From the IMG/VR virus record IMGVR_UViG_3300044297_000138, positions 32,001-96,000 of that record: DNA of 64,000 bases; one strand, 5' to 3'. The translations under genes were made by a program, and so were the position numbers. The DNA is from a virus. Lineage: Duplodnaviria > Caudoviricetes. Shown piece after piece: positions 1 through 11,900 of the stretch (position 1 is its first letter; each line of letters begins with the position of its first letter). The notes below the pieces were generated by a model. It did not search any database, had not been told where the DNA came from, and was given only the letters and a program-made list of their open reading frames with translations.

Positions 1-966
1 GGAGAACCAACAGCCAACACAATTAATCCTGCAAGCGATAACTTCCGTGTTGCAACACTTAATGCAAATCTTAAATCACAATTTGCAAACGTTGCCACAT
101 TAAATGTTGGAACAATCAATGTAAGTAATGCAAACCTATCCAGCTTGTTGCTTGGTTCCGCACTAACAGTCCCTAACGGTGGTACAGGTGCAACATCATT
201 CAGTAACGGTGGTATCGTAGTTGGTTCCGGCACAGGTGCATTAACAACACTTGCAAATTCAACCTTCAGTACAACAGGTTCATCTGGTGGTAACAAAACA
301 ATCATCGGTGTTACAGTTGATGATTATGGTCGTTTAACAAATGTAAACTATGATTACATTGGTAGTTTGACTGTTAACCAAGGCGGTACAGGCCAAACAT
401 CATTCACCGCAGGTAGAATTTTAGTTGGTGATGGCACAAATGGAATCAAACAAATTGCCAACGTATCAGCAGTTTCTGCAACAGTTACATCGGCCAATAC
501 AGTTGATTCGTTTGTAACAGATGACTATGGTCGTGTTACAACATTTACACAGAAGAAGATTTCTGGATTACAAGTTGACCAAGGTGGTACCGGACAATCA
601 AGTTTCACATCCGGCCAATTGATTGTTGGTAATGGTTCAGGCGCACTACAATCAATTGCAAATAGTTCATTTACCGCAACAGGTTCTGCTGCAGCCAATA
701 AGACAATTACTTCAGTAACTGTAGATGCATATGGTAGATTGACTGCTGCCACATTTGCTGATATTTCTGGTTTGACTGTAACACAAGGCGGTACAGGTGC
801 ATCTTCATTCACTACAAGCGGTATCGTTTATGGTAATGGAACTGGTGCATTGCAAGTAACTTCTGCTGCTGGTACATCAGATCAAACATGGTCCAATCAG
901 ATATTGACAACAACAAATGCTGGTGTTCCAGTTTGGACAACCACATTGGATGGAGGCCAATTCTAA
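1..966 (+). CDS. tail fibre-like protein, 3' part (starts before the window)
   Basis: Frame is open from base 1; repeated V.QGGTG.TSF..G.I.VG.G.GAL and VTVD.YGRLT fibre motifs; ends LDGGQF. Confidence 0.7.
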   Translation, partial: GEPTANTINPASDNFRVATLNANLKSQFANVATLNVGTINVSNANLSSLLLGSALTVPNGGTGATSFSNGGIVVGSGTGALTTLANSTFSTTGSSGGNKTIIGVTVDDYGRLTNVNYDYIGSLTVNQGGTGQTSFTAGRILVGDGTNGIKQIANVSAVSATVTSANTVDSFVTDDYGRVTTFTQKKISGLQVDQGGTGQSSFTSGQLIVGNGSGALQSIANSSFTATGSAAANKTITSVTVDAYGRLTAATFADISGLTVTQGGTGASSFTTSGIVYGNGTGALQVTSAAGTSDQTWSNQILTTTNAGVPVWTTTLDGGQF

Positions 967-1006
967 TTGAATATATAATGTATGTTTCTTTGTGAAGGAG
1001 ATTGAA

Positions 1007-1666
1007 ATGGGAAATGAAAAATATTTAAATTATTATATTGAGGTTTTAACAAGCACAATGAATGATTGTGTAATTCGTAATGTTTCAATGCAAGCCAATG
1101 CTAAGATTTCTGAAGATGTTATTGAAGAACAGGCCGACAGAATAGAAAAACTTTCTGGTACCGTAAAGGAACTTGAAGAAGTAAACAGAAAGTTAAGAGA
1201 AGGTCAAGTTGCAAGTGAAAATAATACTATAACTGATCTGAAAAATAAATTGGTTGAAAAAGATAGAGAGTTGTCCTCAGCGTCAAATCAAATTTCTGAA
1301 TTGAATAATAAATTCAGGGATTATGATAGTGTTAAAAGCCAAGTAACACATATGGACACTTTTAAATCTGAGTTGATTAAAGCTCGTGAAGAACTTACAC
1401 GAATTCGTGGTGAAAATGACAGACAAATTGACATTTTGAATAAAAAACATGAGAAAGAAAAGGTGAATTTGGAAAAACAAATCACCGAACTCAACGCCAA
1501 AATTGATTATTTGCAATTATCTCCTGCCAAAAGAAAGAAAATTGATGAGCTAAATAAAGGAGCATCAACAGTTTCTGTTATTGATAATACAATAGAAAAT
1601 TCTACTGTAACAATAGAAGAGGCAATAGTTGATGATGGTGCAATCAAAGATGGCGGAACGTTTTAA
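1007..1666 (+). CDS. coiled-coil hypothetical protein
   Basis: AAGGAG RBS before ATG 1007; long E/K/L-rich heptads. Confidence 0.7.
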   Translation: MGNEKYLNYYIEVLTSTMNDCVIRNVSMQANAKISEDVIEEQADRIEKLSGTVKELEEVNRKLREGQVASENNTITDLKNKLVEKDRELSSASNQISELNNKFRDYDSVKSQVTHMDTFKSELIKAREELTRIRGENDRQIDILNKKHEKEKVNLEKQITELNAKIDYLQLSPAKRKKIDELNKGASTVSVIDNTIENSTVTIEEAIVDDGAIKDGGTF

Positions 1667-1670
1667 GTAA

Positions 1671-4600
1671 ATGTCAAATACATCAATACAGTTAAAAAAA
1701 TCCGGACAGACAGGTAACACTCCACCAAGCTTGGCTTATGGTGAGGTTGCTCTTAACTATGCTGACGGCAGACTGTATTACAAAACAGCCAGCAATGTAA
1801 TTTCTTATATTACCAACCAATATTCATTTTCAACAATCAATGTTGGTGGTAATCTAATTCTGGCCACGACCGGTTCTGATACATTAACACTACAGGCCGG
1901 CAACAACATCGGTTTCATAACTGATAGTTTAAATAACAAAATAACAATTACAGGAACAGCAGTATCTCTGGATCAATTTGCTAGAGATTGGGCCAACTCG
2001 GCCGGTTCTTATGCTAACTCGGCATTTACTCAAGCCAATACAGCCGTAACAAATGCGGCCACAGCCGACTCTAAAGCTGTTTCAGCTGGTTCATATGCCA
2101 ATTCAGCTTTTACCGTAGCAAACACCGATGTTACAAACGTTAGTATTACTGCTGGACAATATGGTAATACAACCACCATTCCAGTAATCACTATTGCTGC
2201 TAATGGTCGTATTACAGCAATTAGCAATGCTACCGTAAGTGGCGGTGGATCATCCTCATACATTTACAATGGAACCAGTAACGTTTATTTCTCAGGTACC
2301 AATGGTAATATTCTTGCCAATGTTGCTGGTAATACAATTGTAACCATTACTGCAAATGGCATCACAACAACCGGTGTAAGCAGCGACATTACTGGTGCAA
2401 ATAACGTTATAGCTAATTCGTTTGTTACAACCGGTTCTAGTGGTACAATTTCTGGCGCTAATAACATCTATGCGAATACATTCATTGGTGCTAATGGTGC
2501 GGTAATCGCTGGAATAAATGTTGTACCTTATTTACAATCAGCATACACACAAGCAAATACACCAAGTTATGTTGCCAATTCAGCCGCAATATATGCCAAT
2601 GGTGCCTTTACTCAAGCCAATACAGCCGTAACAAATGCCGCTACAGCAGATTCTAAAGCAGTAACATCTGGTTCATATGCCAACTCAGCTTTCACCGTAG
2701 CAAATACAGCCAACTCATCTGCAACATCCGCTGGATCTTATGCTAACTCGGCATTTACCGCAGCAAATACAGCTAGTTCAACAGCAACCTCAGCTGGTTC
2801 TTATGCAAATGCAGCCTTTATACAGGCTAATGCCGCATATGCAAAGGCAAATACTGGCGGCGGTGCAGCTTCTTATATTGCTAACGGAACAAGCAATGTA
2901 TATTTTGCTTCAGCTAATGGTAATATTATAGCCAACGTTGCTGGTAATACAATTGTAACTATTACCGCAAACGGTATCACAACAACTGGTGTGAGTAGTG
3001 ACATTACTGGTGCGAATAACGTTATAGCCAACTCATTTGTTACAACTGGTTCAAGTGGTACAATTTCAGGTGCCAATAATATCTATGCAAATACATTTAT
3101 TGGTGCAAATGCAGCTTTGATTGCTGGAATAAATGTTGTACCATATTTACAATCAGCATTTACACAGGCTAATTCTGCATACAATCAAGCCAATAATTCT
3201 TTACCTTTGGCTGGTGGAACAATTACTGGTGATTTAAGTGTATCTGGCAATTTAACTATTCTTGGTACACAAACAACTATCAATACAACATCAATTGTAT
3301 TAAATGATCCGTTGTTGTATTTGGCAAATAATAATTATTCATCCGATTTATTAGACATTGGTATTATAGGTCACTATAATTCAACAGCAAATGCACACAC
3401 TGGTGTGTTTAGAGATCCAAATAGAAAAGAATGGATTTTCTTTGAAGGTTATACTCCTGAAGTTGGTTCAAACAATTTAATTAATATTGCTGATCCAAGT
3501 TTTGCATATGCTAACGTTTATGCAAACACCTTTAAAGGTAATTTGATTGCAAATAACATATATGTAAGTGGTTATAATGTATTTACATATATCACAAATG
3601 CATATAGTCAAGCCAACTCTGCGGCAACCTACGCCAATGGTGCATTTGTTCAGGCTAATGCTGCGTTCTTACAGGCTAATACACCAGATTATGTTGCCAA
3701 CTCGGCAGCGTTATACGCTAATGGTGCCTTTGCACAAGCAAACGCTGCGTTCAATGCTGCTAATACTGGCTCAGCATACTATATTAGAAATGGTACCAGT
3801 AACGTCTATTTCTCTGGAAGTAATGGTAACATTCTGGCCAACGTTGCGGGAAATACAGTTGTAACCGTTACCGCTTCAGGAATAATAACATCCGGATCAG
3901 GAACCGGTGATATTTCTGGTGCGAATAACATTTATTCCAATAATTTTATTGGTGCTAATGGTATAGTAGTTGCTGGAATAAATGTTGTAACATATCTACA
4001 ATCAGCATTTGGTCAAGCAAACTCAGCAGCAACTTATGCTAATGCGGCCTTTACACAGGCAAATACTGATGTTACAAATATTAGTGTAACCGCCGGACAA
4101 TATGGTAACACCACTACAATTCCTGTCATTACGATTGCGGCCAATGGTCGTATTACTGCAATCAGTAATGCTGCGGTAAGTGGTGGCGGTGGTGCTTCTG
4201 GTTCTTATATCTATAATGGAACCAGTAATGTTTATTTCTCCGGAAGTAACGGCAATATTATTGCTAACGTTGCTGGTAATACAATTGTTACTGTTACTGC
4301 TAATGGTCTTGTTACGAGTGGTGTTAGTGGTGATATTTCTGGCGCCAATAATATTTCGGCAAACTCATTCATTACAACCGGATCTGGTGGTAATATAACC
4401 GGCGCCAACAATATATACGCCAACTCGTTCATTGGTGCCAACGGTGCGGTAATTGCTGGTATCAATGTTGTACCATATTTGCAGTCTGCATTTGGTCAAG
4501 CAAATTCCGCAGCAACATATGCTAACGGAGCTTTTACACAGGCTAATGCGGCATACAATCAATCAAACACTTATATATGGCCAGCAGCCAATTCAGCTGG

Positions 4601-6950
4601 TTCATATGCCAATGCGGCCTTTACACAGGCAAATACTGATGTAACAAATATCAGTATAACGTCCGGTACATATGGTAATTCAACTTATATTCCTATCATT
4701 ACAGTTTCGGCTAACGGTAGAATTAATACAATTAGTACCGTTGCAGCTTCTGGTGGAGGAGGCGGTTCTGGTTCTTACATCTATAATGGAACAAGTAACG
4801 TATACTTCACAACAACAAATGGTAACATTGTTGCAAACGTTGCTGGTAATACGATTGTAACTATTACATCAGCAGGTTTGACAACATCTGGTGCCGGTTC
4901 AGGTGATATTTCTGGTGCAAATAACGTCTACGCCAACAATCTCATTGGTGCCAACGGTGCGGTAATTGCTGGTATCAATGTTGTACCATATTTGCAGTCT
5001 GCATTTGGACAAGCGAATGCTGCATTTAATGCTGCTAATACAGGCGGCTCAGCATACTATATTAGAAATGGTACCAGTAACGTCTATTTCTCTGGAAGTA
5101 ATGGTAACATTCTGGCCAATGTTGCTGGTAATACAATTGTTACTGTTACTGCCAATGGTCTTGTTACGAGTGGTGTTAGTGGAGATATTAGTGGTGCCAA
5201 CAACATCTCTGCAAATTCGTTTATAACAACTGGTTCAGGCGGCAATATAACCGGCGCCAATAGTATTTATGCCAACTCATTCATTGGTGCCAACGGTGCG
5301 GTGATTGCTGGCGTTAATGTTGTACCATTTTTAACTGCTGCGTTTTTACAAGCAAATACTCCAAGTTATACGGCCAATTCCGCTGCAACATATGCCAATG
5401 GTGCTTTTATACAAGCAAATACAGCAACAACCAATGCGGCAACAGCCGACTCTAAGGCAGTATCGGCAGGTTCATATGCGAACTCCGCCTTTGGTGTGGC
5501 CAATTCAGCAGCAACATATGCCAATGGTGCTTTTGCACAAGCGAATGCTGCTTTCAATGCTGCCAATACAGGTGGTTCAGCTTACTATATTAGAAATGGC
5601 ACCAGTAACGTTTATTTCTCTGGTGCCAATGGTAATATTCTTGCCAATGTTGCTGGTAATACCGTATTGACCATCTCATCATCCGGAATGATAACCTCAG
5701 GTTCTATTCCTGGTGATATTTCTGGTGCAAATAACATCTATTCTAATACAATAATTGCCTATAGTAGTGCAACAGTTGCTGGTGTTAACGTTGTTCCATA
5801 TATTCAATCTATATTCACACAAGCCAATTCTGCTTATGGTTCACAGAACACAACTGGAACATATGCTAACGCTGCGTTCACCGTAGCAAATACTGCAAAC
5901 ACAACTGCAACATCAGCTGGTTCATATGCCAATGCGGCCTTCATACAGGCAAATACCGATGTAACAAACATTAGTATTACATCTGGTACATATGGCAATG
6001 CAACTTATATTCCTATTGTTACAGTTTCTGCAAATGGTAGAATTAATTCCATCAGTACCATTGCATCCGCTGGTGGCGGTGGCGGCGCAGGTACAGACCA
6101 ATATGCAAGAGATACTGCAAACGCAGCCTTCATAAAAGCCAACTCAGCCTATGCACAGGCAAATACTGGAGGAGGTGGAGGTGGTGCAGGTTCATCCGTT
6201 ATTGCAGTTGATACCTATACAGCTAACGGCGCACAAACGACCTTTGCATTATCATATTCAACATCATCAAACAATGTGATTGTTAATATTGATGGTGTAT
6301 TACAATTAAAGTCTGCATATTCCGTTTCAGGAAACACAATCACATTTACTGGAACTCCAGCAAATACTGCGGTTGTTGAAATAACAACACTAACTGGAAC
6401 AAATCTAAGTTATTATAACAGAACTTATACTGGTGATAATACATCAACAACATTTACCACGACAACTGGTGTTTCTAATGCAAGCATTATTGTTACAGAA
6501 AACGGTGTTGTTCAAGAACCTGGTGTTGATTACTATATAAGTGGTGCGAATGTAATCTTTACAACTGCACCATCAACTGGTGTGAAAATTGGAATCCGTG
6601 AATTAGCATCTACTGCTCTTGTTAGTGCAAATATTCAATTTGCTTACGATCAAGCTAATGCAGCATTCTTGAAAGCAAATACACCGGATTATGTTGCCAA
6701 CTCGGCTGCATTATATGCTAACGGTGCTTTTGCACAAGCCAATGCTGCATACAATCAGGCAAATACCGACTACACAACAATTACAGTTACTGGCGGTGTA
6801 TACGGAAATTCAAATACAATTCCAGTAATTACTGTTGCAGCTAACGGCCGTATTACTGCTATAAGTAATGTGGCGAGCTCTGGTGGTTCAGGTGGCGGCG
6901 GCGGTGTAAATCAAACCACAACAATAATATTAGCGAAAATATTCAGTTAA
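1671..6950 (+). CDS. long repeat-rich tail fibre/structural protein (1759 aa)
   Basis: N-terminal IQLKKS...PSLAYGEVALNYADGRLYYK fibre motif; multiple internal A/N/G/T-rich repeats. Confidence 0.8.
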   Translation: MSNTSIQLKKSGQTGNTPPSLAYGEVALNYADGRLYYKTASNVISYITNQYSFSTINVGGNLILATTGSDTLTLQAGNNIGFITDSLNNKITITGTAVSLDQFARDWANSAGSYANSAFTQANTAVTNAATADSKAVSAGSYANSAFTVANTDVTNVSITAGQYGNTTTIPVITIAANGRITAISNATVSGGGSSSYIYNGTSNVYFSGTNGNILANVAGNTIVTITANGITTTGVSSDITGANNVIANSFVTTGSSGTISGANNIYANTFIGANGAVIAGINVVPYLQSAYTQANTPSYVANSAAIYANGAFTQANTAVTNAATADSKAVTSGSYANSAFTVANTANSSATSAGSYANSAFTAANTASSTATSAGSYANAAFIQANAAYAKANTGGGAASYIANGTSNVYFASANGNIIANVAGNTIVTITANGITTTGVSSDITGANNVIANSFVTTGSSGTISGANNIYANTFIGANAALIAGINVVPYLQSAFTQANSAYNQANNSLPLAGGTITGDLSVSGNLTILGTQTTINTTSIVLNDPLLYLANNNYSSDLLDIGIIGHYNSTANAHTGVFRDPNRKEWIFFEGYTPEVGSNNLINIADPSFAYANVYANTFKGNLIANNIYVSGYNVFTYITNAYSQANSAATYANGAFVQANAAFLQANTPDYVANSAALYANGAFAQANAAFNAANTGSAYYIRNGTSNVYFSGSNGNILANVAGNTVVTVTASGIITSGSGTGDISGANNIYSNNFIGANGIVVAGINVVTYLQSAFGQANSAATYANAAFTQANTDVTNISVTAGQYGNTTTIPVITIAANGRITAISNAAVSGGGGASGSYIYNGTSNVYFSGSNGNIIANVAGNTIVTVTANGLVTSGVSGDISGANNISANSFITTGSGGNITGANNIYANSFIGANGAVIAGINVVPYLQSAFGQANSAATYANGAFTQANAAYNQSNTYIWPAANSAGSYANAAFTQANTDVTNISITSGTYGNSTYIPIITVSANGRINTISTVAASGGGGGSGSYIYNGTSNVYFTTTNGNIVANVAGNTIVTITSAGLTTSGAGSGDISGANNVYANNLIGANGAVIAGINVVPYLQSAFGQANAAFNAANTGGSAYYIRNGTSNVYFSGSNGNILANVAGNTIVTVTANGLVTSGVSGDISGANNISANSFITTGSGGNITGANSIYANSFIGANGAVIAGVNVVPFLTAAFLQANTPSYTANSAATYANGAFIQANTATTNAATADSKAVSAGSYANSAFGVANSAATYANGAFAQANAAFNAANTGGSAYYIRNGTSNVYFSGANGNILANVAGNTVLTISSSGMITSGSIPGDISGANNIYSNTIIAYSSATVAGVNVVPYIQSIFTQANSAYGSQNTTGTYANAAFTVANTANTTATSAGSYANAAFIQANTDVTNISITSGTYGNATYIPIVTVSANGRINSISTIASAGGGGGAGTDQYARDTANAAFIKANSAYAQANTGGGGGGAGSSVIAVDTYTANGAQTTFALSYSTSSNNVIVNIDGVLQLKSAYSVSGNTITFTGTPANTAVVEITTLTGTNLSYYNRTYTGDNTSTTFTTTTGVSNASIIVTENGVVQEPGVDYYISGANVIFTTAPSTGVKIGIRELASTALVSANIQFAYDQANAAFLKANTPDYVANSAALYANGAFAQANAAYNQANTDYTTITVTGGVYGNSNTIPVITVAANGRITAISNVASSGGSGGGGGVNQTTTIILAKIFS
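2030..6870 (+). repeat. intragenic repeat modules of the 1759-aa fibre
   Basis: 7x YIxNGTSNVYF...NGNIxANVAGNT; 5x TDxTxIxxTxGxYGNxxxIPxxTxxANGRI; many SAxxYANxAFxQAN units; several near-identical at DNA level. Confidence 0.85.
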
Positions 6951-6960
6951 GGAATAAAAA

Positions 6961-7317
6961 ATGGCAAACCCTAATTTAGGAACAGTGACTTCAATAATTG
7001 GTGACACCATTACTGCGGCGTTAACTACGACCACCACAACAACCTTGTTGGCTGGAGTTACAAATAAATCAATTAAAGTGAATAGTATAATTGTTTCAAA
7101 CATAAATGGAACAAACTCAGCCAGTTGTACTTTTAGTTTTTATGATGGAACAAACGATAGATATTTTTCTTATCTAATAACCATACCAGCAGGAAGTTCG
7201 GTTGTATTGATTGATAAGAACAACGGTTTCTACATCAAAGAAGGTTGTGAAATTCGTGGTGGTGCAAGTTTGAACTCCTATTTAAATGCTTTGATTAGCT
7301 ATGAGACCATGAGTTAA
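6961..7317 (+). CDS. hypothetical virion-associated protein
   Basis: ORF with AAGGA RBS in the fibre cluster. Confidence 0.65.
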   Translation: MANPNLGTVTSIIGDTITAALTTTTTTTLLAGVTNKSIKVNSIIVSNINGTNSASCTFSFYDGTNDRYFSYLITIPAGSSVVLIDKNNGFYIKEGCEIRGGASLNSYLNALISYETMS

Positions 7318-7326
7318 GGAATAAAA

Positions 7327-8478
7327 ATGCCTAGAATAAACGGAAATGGTGGAGTTACAGGTAGTATCAATAAGCCCTTATTTTATGCAACTACAGGTAT
7401 TTGGAGTTTATTGGATGTTGAAGCAAATAAAAGAAGTGGTCAATGGCCGTCTGCTATTGGCACAGTTAGTGTTATAGTTCCATGTGCTGGAGGTAATAAC
7501 GTAGCTGCTTATCCATTTACTCCAGGAACTGGATTTGGCACTAGATATGCAGCTCCAGCTACCATACCAGCCGGCAGCGGAAGATCATCAGTATTTCATC
7601 CTTCAGGTACAGACATAATAATTGGAAGTCAATCAAACAGTCCTTGGATCCAAGCGTATCCTTGGTCCTCAAATGGATTTGGTACCAAATATAGTGATCC
7701 AACCACTACGCCTGGTTACGATGTGACTTCATTAACAATGCATACTACCGGCCAAGCAATTGTGGGAACTCTAACCGGTGGTAATAATATGATAGGATAC
7801 AGATATGCTGTTGGAGTTGGAATAGGTAATACCTATAGCAATCCAGCCACATTACCTCAGGGAACCGGAGGTTATACCGCAGCATTCAGTCCAAGTGGCG
7901 CAGATGTTTACGTTAGTTCAAATGCATCTCCATATCATCAGGCTTATCCTTTTAATGTAACAAGTGGATTTGGCACCAAATATGTCACCCCATCTGGTGG
8001 TCCAACATCAACCACTACGGGAGTGACGTTCAATACGACTGGAAGTGATGCGATTTATGGATACATAGGAGGATCATCTCCATATTATGGTATATTTCCA
8101 TTCACTTCAGGTTCAGGTTTTGGTACGAAAATCACCCCAACTGCGGCAAATTCAGCCGTTTGGTCTCTTGGATTTAATCCGACCGGATCACATCTAGCTG
8201 CGGGTCAGAACTCAACCGTCCGAGTAGATTTTTTCCCGTACACTAATGGAAGCGGAACAGGTACAAGATTCGCTACTGTGATTCCTAATACATTATCACG
8301 CACGACTTTCCAGGTGTCATGGAGTCCAACCGGTAACGACTTTTTCTTTGCCGAAGGAGGAACTCCAAATATTGAAGCTTGGACATGGTCAAATGGAATT
8401 GGTACAAAATATAATAATCCAGGTAGTTTACCTGAGGGCAACGGTCAAGGAGTGTCAGTTGCTGCAGTTGCAGCTTAA
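7327..8478 (+). CDS. beta-propeller repeat protein (putative receptor-binding)
   Basis: About 7 repeats of AYPxxxxxGFGTKY...F.PSG. Confidence 0.65.
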   Translation: MPRINGNGGVTGSINKPLFYATTGIWSLLDVEANKRSGQWPSAIGTVSVIVPCAGGNNVAAYPFTPGTGFGTRYAAPATIPAGSGRSSVFHPSGTDIIIGSQSNSPWIQAYPWSSNGFGTKYSDPTTTPGYDVTSLTMHTTGQAIVGTLTGGNNMIGYRYAVGVGIGNTYSNPATLPQGTGGYTAAFSPSGADVYVSSNASPYHQAYPFNVTSGFGTKYVTPSGGPTSTTTGVTFNTTGSDAIYGYIGGSSPYYGIFPFTSGSGFGTKITPTAANSAVWSLGFNPTGSHLAAGQNSTVRVDFFPYTNGSGTGTRFATVIPNTLSRTTFQVSWSPTGNDFFFAEGGTPNIEAWTWSNGIGTKYNNPGSLPEGNGQGVSVAAVAA

Positions 8479-8498
8479 TTTTATTAAAGGAAATAATT

Positions 8499-8876
8499 AT
8501 GGACTTTTACACAATCAATCAACAAAAACATTACGAAATCGTGGCTTCAGCCATTGTTGGACGTGAACTAGAAATTTATCATTATGATTTAAATATTACA
8601 AATTATCAAGCAATGTTAACAACATTGCCTCAAGGAGATTGGCCAGAAAATTTGGTACAATATCAAAAAATGTCTGCTGAAGAAATTCCTCATGATGTTC
8701 ATGATGAAGTTATTAATTATCAATATCGTGATAGACTATCGTTACTATTGAAAACCGAAAAAGCAGAAAGAAATAAAACTTATTTGGTTTATCAAGCTTT
8801 GTTGTCTCAGCTTCCAGAAGATCAAAAAGAAGCATTAATTGCTGCTGCACACGAAAAAATCCAAGCACTACAATAA
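8499..8876 (+). CDS. hypothetical protein (possible fibre chaperone)
   Basis: ORF with AAAGGA RBS; helical composition; chaperone role inferred from position only. Confidence 0.6.
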   Translation: MDFYTINQQKHYEIVASAIVGRELEIYHYDLNITNYQAMLTTLPQGDWPENLVQYQKMSAEEIPHDVHDEVINYQYRDRLSLLLKTEKAERNKTYLVYQALLSQLPEDQKEALIAAAHEKIQALQ

Positions 8877-8927
8877 AATAACAATCTAAAATCACAATAA
8901 ATATTTGTAGTGTTTTAAGAGAAAATA

Positions 8928-11900
8928 ATGACAACAAAAATTTCCGTTTACAATTTGGGTCCATCAGTCACAACAGCAATTGGTTCTGGTGGTGGTCCAA
9001 AAATACAAACAATCGTTTATCCAGGAAATGACACCGCAGTTAATACGGCTGGCGGTGATGTTGTTATTTTAACTGGTAGTGGTTTTGTTACTGGATGTAC
9101 TATCGTTATCAATGGTTCACTAGCAGGTTCAGTAACATTCAACAGTTCATCAAATGTCCAGTTCACCGCACCTGCACAATCTTCTGGTGGTTATCCAATT
9201 TATTTGGTGAATCCAGATGGTGGTACAGCGATTGCTGTTCCTGGTCTCCAATATAGTGGTGTTCCAAATTGGTCAACAGCGGCAGGTACTTTAGGTTCTG
9301 TATATGAAACAACTGGATTTGCAAATACAGTAATTGCTTCTGGTGATGCACCAATCACATATAGTGTTTATAGTGGTTCATTGCCTACTGGCGCATCTTT
9401 GAATTCTTCAAACGGATACATCAGCGGCACAAGTTCTGCAACAGCCAGTTCAACCACATATAACTTTACCATCAGAGCAACAGACGCACAAAACCAAGAT
9501 ACAGACCGTGCGTTCTCCTTGACAGTTAACCCTGATGTGGTCACATGGAGCAGTCCTGCAAATAACGTAGTATATTCAGTTGGTCAAAACTCTGCAATTT
9601 CAAACGTGTCGTTGACAGCCACAAGTGCGGCAGGTTATGGTGTTCAGTATTCAGCGAACACATTGCCAACAGGATTAACTTTAAGTGGTAGTACAATCAG
9701 CGGAACACCTACTGTTCTTGGAAATACAAATTCATTGATTACTGCAACATCAAACACAACAAGCAGAACTGCACAACAGATTATTAATTGGGTTGTTACT
9801 GTTGGTGGAGATTTGTATATGCCATATGTGGCCACACTATTAAGTGCAAACACAAGTACGAGCACATACATCAGTGATGCAAGCACAAACAATTTTGCAA
9901 TTACACCAGTTGGATCAGTAAAACCAAATAACTTTAATCCACTTCAAGGTGGTTATTATAGTAATTATTTTGATGGTAGCACAAGTGCACTAACATTCAG
10001 TAATCCCACGGCCTTAGGCAGTGGAAGTTTTACCATGGAATGTTGGGTTTATTTGTTAGGCACGCCAAGTGTAAACTATTGGATCTATGGTTATAGAAAC
10101 GGTGCTGATACAAGTCCATACTTATTCATTAATAGTTCAAGAGTGCCCATATTTGGTGGCGATATCAGTAACTTTGTCACCGGTACAGCCATACCTCTTA
10201 ATACTTGGACACATATAGCAGTGGTTAGAAATGGCACTGCAATGACCCTATATCAAAACGGTGTTAGCACCGCTACGGCCACAACCAGTCAAAATTTTAG
10301 TTATACTGGCTCCAACGGAATTGGAAAATCTATAACCTCCACTGCTTATTACCTAAACGGCTATATTTCTAATTTTAGAATCGTTTCGGGCACTGCGGTT
10401 TATACTAGTGCCTTTACTCCGCCTACTGCACCTCTCACAGCCATTTCTGGTACAAATTTATTGACCTGTCAAAGTTACAACTTCTTAGATAATAGTACAA
10501 ATGCTATAGCAATTACCAACACTGGATCACAAATATCAAGTTACATACCATTTGTACCCGGCAGCAGTTATGCAACATATGGTTCAACATATTTTAATGG
10601 TAGTACGGATTATTCAACCGTTGCTGATAACGCATCACTACAGATGGGATCATCAGATTTTACATATGAGGCCTGGATTTATCCAACTTCGGCACCAAAT
10701 GCTTATAACTCAATTTTTTACAAACGTGCCAGTAGTGCAAATTACTCAGGTGTTGGAATAGCTATTAAAAGCACAGGAGTTTTTTCTGTATTGGTAGCTA
10801 GTAATTCTTCAACATGGGGAATTGCAGATGAAAGTTCGGCTACCTTTCAATTAAATGTATGGCAACATATTGCTGTTGTTAGAAGCGGAAGTAATTTTTA
10901 TTTTTATGTAAATGGTGTCCGAAAAATAAGCACCACTATTGCTTTTAGTGTGTATGATAGTGGTGCAGCACAAGCAATTGGATGCGGAGCAGCGGATGGA
11001 TCCCAACCATTTACTGGTTATATTAATGGTGTCAGAATTGTAAAAGGAACAGCTATTTACACAGCGGCATCTTTTACGCCACCGGCCGCACCACTAACCG
11101 CAGTTGCAAATACAAGTTTGTTGACCTACCAAAACAACACGCCTGTAACAAGCAGCGTTTTTGTTGACAACAGCACTAACAACTTTCCAATCACACGCAA
11201 CGGTGACACAAACGCAGGAACATTTAGTCCTTATGGTGCAGGTTGGAGTAATTATTTTAATGGTAGTGGAGATTATTTGTCGTTTCCGTATAACAGCACT
11301 AATTTTCAATTTGCTGGAGATTTTACTGTTGAGTGTTGGGTAAATTTAACCGCTCGACTTGTATCTTATCCAACGATATTTTCAAATTATAGTACGTTCG
11401 CAGCCAACGGACTTCTTGCTCTTTTTGCTGGGCATGCCGCCTCTACAACCAAGTATTCTGTTTCAATTAACGGGACTGATGGTGTTTTGGTGAGTTCTTC
11501 CACAATTTCATATGGGACATGGACACATCTTGCAATTTCCCGTAGTGGTAGCACAGTTAAACTTTTTGTAAACGGAGCGGTTGAGGCAACTGCAACGAAC
11601 TCAACAACTATTACAGGAACTTCTAACTCATGGTGGATTTCTGCTGCCGGTGATGCGCCTACAACAACAAATATACAGGGGTATATCAGCAACTTCCGCA
11701 TAGTAAAAGGCACCGCACTCTATACCGCAGCATTTACACCAGGCACCTCGCCATTGCAAGCGATTGCAAATACAAGTGTGTTGACATGCCAAAGTCCAAA
11801 TTTTGTAGATAATAGTGGTAACAACTTTGCGTTAACAGTAAACGGATCACCCAAGGTATACAAATATAATCCATTCGGAATCACAACATTATCTACACCA

